This document shows, piece by piece, positions 60,150 to 64,000 of a DNA stretch of 64,000 nt. Under the pieces are notes generated by a model that searched no databases, was not told where the DNA came from, and saw only the letters and a list, made by a program, of their open reading frames with translations. Origin of the DNA: Chitinophaga pinensis (lineage in GTDB: Bacteria; Bacteroidota; Bacteroidia; Chitinophagales; CAMDFR01); assembly GCA_945897725.1 (NCBI GenBank), contig CAMDFR010000002.1, forward strand, positions 70,200-134,199, given 5' to 3'. Made by a program: the position numbers and the translations under genes. Each line of letters opens with the position of its first letter. Position 1 is the stretch's first letter.

Positions 60150-60527
60150 ATGAGCCTAAGTAATATCGATTTCAAAAAAAGTATGCCCGCCATTGTGTGG
60201 GCATTTTTTATTTTTATACTCTGTGTATTACCGGGTAAAGATTTACCTAAGTCAGATATCATACAGCTAGATAAAATAGTGCATTTTTGCTTTTACTTTA
60301 TTTTTTTCTGGCTGATTTTGTATGGCATTAAACAAAAGAAATTGAAGCACACAATAGTACTTGGATTGTTCTGCTGTTTCTATGGTTTTTGCATTGAATG
60401 TTTTCAAAGTGCTTTTTTAAGTGATAGATTTTATGATGTCTTAGATATTATGGCCAATTGCGTCGGCACCTTATCAGCAATGTTATCATATCAATTCGCA
60501 AAGTCTAGTGGACTGCTGGCAAAGTAA
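60150..60527 (+). CDS. VanZ family membrane protein
   Basis: DKIVHF, IECFQ and DIMANCVG. Confidence 0.85.
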   Translation: MSLSNIDFKKSMPAIVWAFFIFILCVLPGKDLPKSDIIQLDKIVHFCFYFIFFWLILYGIKQKKLKHTIVLGLFCCFYGFCIECFQSAFLSDRFYDVLDIMANCVGTLSAMLSYQFAKSSGLLAK

Positions 60528-60897
60528 AAGCTCATCATTTATTTGTTCAATAATTGCTTTTGCTATGTCTAGCTCTTCTTTAATCAGGTTTCGCAATCAT
60601 TTGTACATGGTCGATGCTGCAGCAATACAATGAAAATCTTAGTATAACATTATTCACACTCTCGTGTGTTTCCTTTTTTTGTATCCATCCAAATCAATAT
60701 TGAGAAGTCGTTCCGAAACAAAAATTTGCTTATTTTATCTGTCACTAAATTTTATTTTTGGTGATTCATTAAAGGATGTTCTACCATCATATTTCCTTTT
60801 TATACTATCTTGTACCTTGTAAGGAAAAGGATTAAGAGTTGTACAAGTGTTTGTTCTACGGCAGGTTTAGCTCAGTTGTTTATTTTAAATAAAGCAT

Positions 60898-61200
60898 ATG
60901 ATAATTTACAATGTTACTGTAAAAGTTGAATTACTGATTCATGAAGAGTGGTTGAGTTGGATGAAGGAAACACATATACCAGATGTGCTTGCCACAGGTT
61001 GTTTTGTTGATAATAAAATCATGAGACTACTTGAAGAGGACAATTCCGATGGCTTTACTTATGCCGTACAATATAGATGTTTAGATATGTCAAACTATAT
61101 GAATTATAAGGAAAAACATGCAGCTGGATTGCAAAAGGAAGTGCTGGCAAAGTACGGTGAAAATTTTGTAGCCTTTAGATCTTTGTTGAAAGAGGTATAG
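60898..61200 (+). CDS. DUF4286 family protein
   Basis: MIIYNVTVKV...WLSWMKETHIPDVLATGCF...TYAVQY...FVAFRSLL. Confidence 0.88.
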   Translation: MIIYNVTVKVELLIHEEWLSWMKETHIPDVLATGCFVDNKIMRLLEEDNSDGFTYAVQYRCLDMSNYMNYKEKHAAGLQKEVLAKYGENFVAFRSLLKEV

Positions 61201-61226
61201 GTTTCATCTTCTATCTTAACCATATC

Positions 61227-62033
61227 TTATTTCTCTACATCCATAGAGCTTATGCTAAATTTGTCAATGCCGAGTTTAATCACGGATTCATTGCTTAGAA
61301 GTATTTTACGCACAGTAGGGTCATCATTCACTTGGTACGTCTCTATGTCAAAGGTATTCAAGTCAATAGATTGAAACTTGTTGTTGTTGTAAAAAAAAAG
61401 TTTTCCATCTTTTACTTGAAAGGATTCCACACTCTTAATTGGAACAGTTTTAAGGTAGGTTCCTAAAATGTCAAACATTAGAATTCCCTTAGCCGTGTCT
61501 AATAAAAAAACATGATTCTCTTGTTCTTTTATTTTGGTAGGAGAAATCGAAGTATTCGTAAGGATCGCAAGGCTTTGGCTTTCATAAATACGATTGCCAA
61601 TATTGTCCATTTTTATAAGTGTAAAACGAGTGGCGTTATACATCCAGATGTTTTGGTCTTTTGAAAAGCAGGCTAGTGTTGGATTTTCGATATCACTATA
61701 CAAATTGACATCTATGCCTCTTACTTCTGTAAGTCGACTATCTAAAATAATAATTTTTTTAAAGTCGGCGAAATACAATAAAATGCGCATGGGTGTACTT
61801 ACATCAATACTTGGTTTTGCGCCGTATTTATTATAGTTGTAGGTATACAATAGTTTTCCTTGGTTATTGTATTTGTATATATTATTGTCTCTTGTTGCAT
61901 ATATAAATCCGATATTGTCACACTGTATTGTCTCAAACGAACCCGCAACTTCAATCGTGCTCGCATTTAAAAAAGTGGAAGAAAGCAAGAAAAAGAGTAG
62001 ACCATAAAAACGCAATGTACCTAGGTTTGTCAC
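61227..62033 (-). CDS. Hypothetical exported protein (probable beta-propeller)
   Basis: Signal peptide; DNIGFIY, IDVSTPMRILLYF and FDILGTY repeats. Confidence 0.7.
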   Translation of the reverse strand: MTNLGTLRFYGLLFFLLSSTFLNASTIEVAGSFETIQCDNIGFIYATRDNNIYKYNNQGKLLYTYNYNKYGAKPSIDVSTPMRILLYFADFKKIIILDSRLTEVRGIDVNLYSDIENPTLACFSKDQNIWMYNATRFTLIKMDNIGNRIYESQSLAILTNTSISPTKIKEQENHVFLLDTAKGILMFDILGTYLKTVPIKSVESFQVKDGKLFFYNNNKFQSIDLNTFDIETYQVNDDPTVRKILLSNESVIKLGIDKFSISSMDVEK

Positions 62034-62794
62034 GATGTTAGTTGGTTTTTGTGATAATACTTTAAAGTAAGATTTTCACCATCAAACTCAGCATAACTAA
62101 AATAAACAAGCCAATCACCAAGATTTATATACCTGCTTTTCTCATTAATTGGAACATCCATCGGTAAATGTCGATGACCAAAAATGAAATAGTCGTATGC
62201 TTTTTCTTTTAGTTTTTCTTTACTGTAAATCAATAACCATTCTTCTTCCCCATAATGTTTCGCATCTTTTCCCGCATTGCCAAGTCTACTTTTTCTACTC
62301 CAAAAGTTTGCAATTCCAATTCCAATGTTCGGATGAATCCACTCAAACAAAAACTGACACAAGCGACTTCTAAAGAAATACTTGAGTATTTTGTAGGCTC
62401 TATCTCTTGGACCTAAGCCATCGCCATGGCCAATGAAAAATGTTTTCCCTCCGGCCGTTAACTCAATAGGTTGGTGATGGACTTTGATTTTCAATTCTTC
62501 CTCAAAATAATTAAAAACCCACATGTCATGATTGCCAGTGAAATAAAAAATAGGAATTCCTTGATCACTCAATTCAGCAAGTTTGCCAAACAATCGTGTA
62601 AAGTACTTGGGTATAGAATGCTTATATTCAAACCAAAAATCAAATACGTCGCCCATTAAATAGAGTGATGTTGCGTCTTTTTTGATGTCATCTAACCATT
62701 GAACAAAAAGCTTTTCGCGTGCTAATGAGCTATCATAATTAGGCACACCAAGATGAAGGTCTGAGACAAAGTAAATTTTTTCTTTTTTTATCAC
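62030..62794 (-). CDS. lpxH: UDP-2,3-diacylglucosamine diphosphatase (Bacteroidota LpxH-like)
   Basis: SDLHLG, MGDVFDFWFEY, GNHDMW, HGDGLGP, FGHRH and NLGDW. Confidence 0.85.
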   Translation of the reverse strand: MIKKEKIYFVSDLHLGVPNYDSSLAREKLFVQWLDDIKKDATSLYLMGDVFDFWFEYKHSIPKYFTRLFGKLAELSDQGIPIFYFTGNHDMWVFNYFEEELKIKVHHQPIELTAGGKTFFIGHGDGLGPRDRAYKILKYFFRSRLCQFLFEWIHPNIGIGIANFWSRKSRLGNAGKDAKHYGEEEWLLIYSKEKLKEKAYDYFIFGHRHLPMDVPINEKSRYINLGDWLVYFSYAEFDGENLTLKYYHKNQLTS

Positions 62795-62854
62795 TATGAT
62801 TGATGTAGTAATTTAGTGTAAAAATAGAGGATAAAAAAGATAAAGCGACAGTAA

Positions 62855-63688
62855 TTAATAAATGGCTTCGTCTACAAATAGCAGGAATATGTTTTGAGTA
62901 CCATGGGCATTCAAAATAAGGGTGTCATTAGATTTGGTATCTACACCAATTTTGTCTGACAAATAGATAGCAAAGGGTAATTCGGTATGATATTTATTAA
63001 ACTTCTTCACTCCTTCCTCCAAATTCTTTACGAGTCTACTTGAGTCTGCAATGATAAGATGAGCATCTGGGAAAACAGACAACCCACGAGTTGAGGCTTG
63101 TTTTGAGGATAAGATGATGGAACCATCAGAAGCAACCATGTATTCACAAAAAGAGACAGCAGCTTGAGAACTTTCTAAACTAGCACCAATAGAAATTTTT
63201 AAGGTGTCTTGGCCTTCTAATAATTGTTTTACCTCATCTTCCCAATAATAAATGTTTTTCCATTTATTTTGCTGTTTCAATTGTTTAAGTATTTCTACCA
63301 ACTCTTCTTTGGTTTCAGCATAAATAAACTTTCCACCGGCAGCAGTAAAGTTTTCTGCAAATTGAACATCTAGCTCAATATGTTGCGAACTAGAATCTTC
63401 TGATTTATATGGTGTCGCACTGTCGAATGTTACTGCAGGTGCCGGAGAAGGAACTGAATGAGAATCATCATATCCAATCACTTTCTTTACTGCCATTGGT
63501 TTGATGGTATTATCGAATTTCGGATTCAGCTCTTTGGTGATGAGTTCAACCGGCTCTTTGTTTTTCTTTTCTTCTATTGCTTCAGCATTCTCTGTCAATA
63601 ATTCAGAAGCTTCCATTTCTTCTTCTGGTCCAAGAAAAAAAGATTTTACTTTATGTAAAAAACGAGAGTTTTTACTTTCAGTCGACAT
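62855..63688 (-). CDS. LUD (LutC/YkgG-like) domain protein
   Basis: FAENFTAAGGKFIY, CEYMVASDGSI and AHG motifs; follows ftsH as in other Bacteroidota. Start at MSTESK (63688) preferred. Confidence 0.75.
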   Translation of the reverse strand: MSTESKNSRFLHKVKSFFLGPEEEMEASELLTENAEAIEEKKNKEPVELITKELNPKFDNTIKPMAVKKVIGYDDSHSVPSPAPAVTFDSATPYKSEDSSSQHIELDVQFAENFTAAGGKFIYAETKEELVEILKQLKQQNKWKNIYYWEDEVKQLLEGQDTLKISIGASLESSQAAVSFCEYMVASDGSIILSSKQASTRGLSVFPDAHLIIADSSRLVKNLEEGVKKFNKYHTELPFAIYLSDKIGVDTKSNDTLILNAHGTQNIFLLFVDEAIY

Positions 63689-63847
63689 GAGTTGTTGTTG
63701 TGTTTTGTTGTTGTACCGTGCGAAATTAGATATAAGCATTACGAAATGCATTTATTTATGTTAATAAATTATCAACAACAACAATGTGCAATAACAAAAA
63801 CAATTCTTTATATCAAATGAATTGTTGTGAATTTGAAGACAAAAAAA

Positions 63848-64000
63848 CTAGTCCTTTTCTGGTGTTGTGCTTTCGACTTTTGTCTTGTCAAAGGGACGTG
63901 GGCCAATGATATTTTCTAAATCATCCTTAAAGAGTACTTCTTTTTCTAACAGGGCATGTGCTAACTTTTCTAGCTGTTCTCTTTTATCTGTTAAAAGTTG
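63848..64000 (-). CDS. ftsH: ATP-dependent zinc metalloprotease FtsH (3' end only)
   Basis: Manual translation QLLTDKREQLEKLAHALLEKEVLFKDDLENIIGPRPFDKTKVESTTPEKD* matches the FtsH C-terminus; upstream of the LUD gene. Confidence 0.85.
   Translation of the reverse strand, partial: QLLTDKREQLEKLAHALLEKEVLFKDDLENIIGPRPFDKTKVESTTPEKD

Overview
AT-rich Bacteroidota chromosomal window (T9SS translocon sprA, a T9SS-CTD cargo protein, TAnnTTTG-type promoters). Most of it is conserved housekeeping content: porG-like-uppS-bamA-skp-skp-murI, cdsA-psd, udk, rimP-nusA-infB, idi, mreBCD-mrdA-rodA, recO, tRNA-Phe, ruvA-sprA-gcvH and ftsH-LUD-lpxH. I see no integrase, transposase, prophage or CRISPR array. 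Two things stand out. (1) A probable phosphate-starvation island at about 14.6-26 kb contains a PhoR/PhoB-like pair, a TonB-dependent receptor without a SusD partner, a T9SS-secreted protein of unknown function, and a PlcP-like phosphoesterase with a glycosyltransferase. Three of its promoters share 11-bp-periodic TTAACA repeats, and an orphan acr3 plus a lipoprotein flavin oxidase sit in the middle. (2) Four diverged copies of one structured non-coding element with compensatory base changes (Flavo-1-like, from memory) form two convergent pairs at 5.1-5.9 kb and 28.3-28.6 kb. The first pair encloses a mosaic of REP-like palindromes. All calls come from reading the sequence and recognising motifs; no searches were run.
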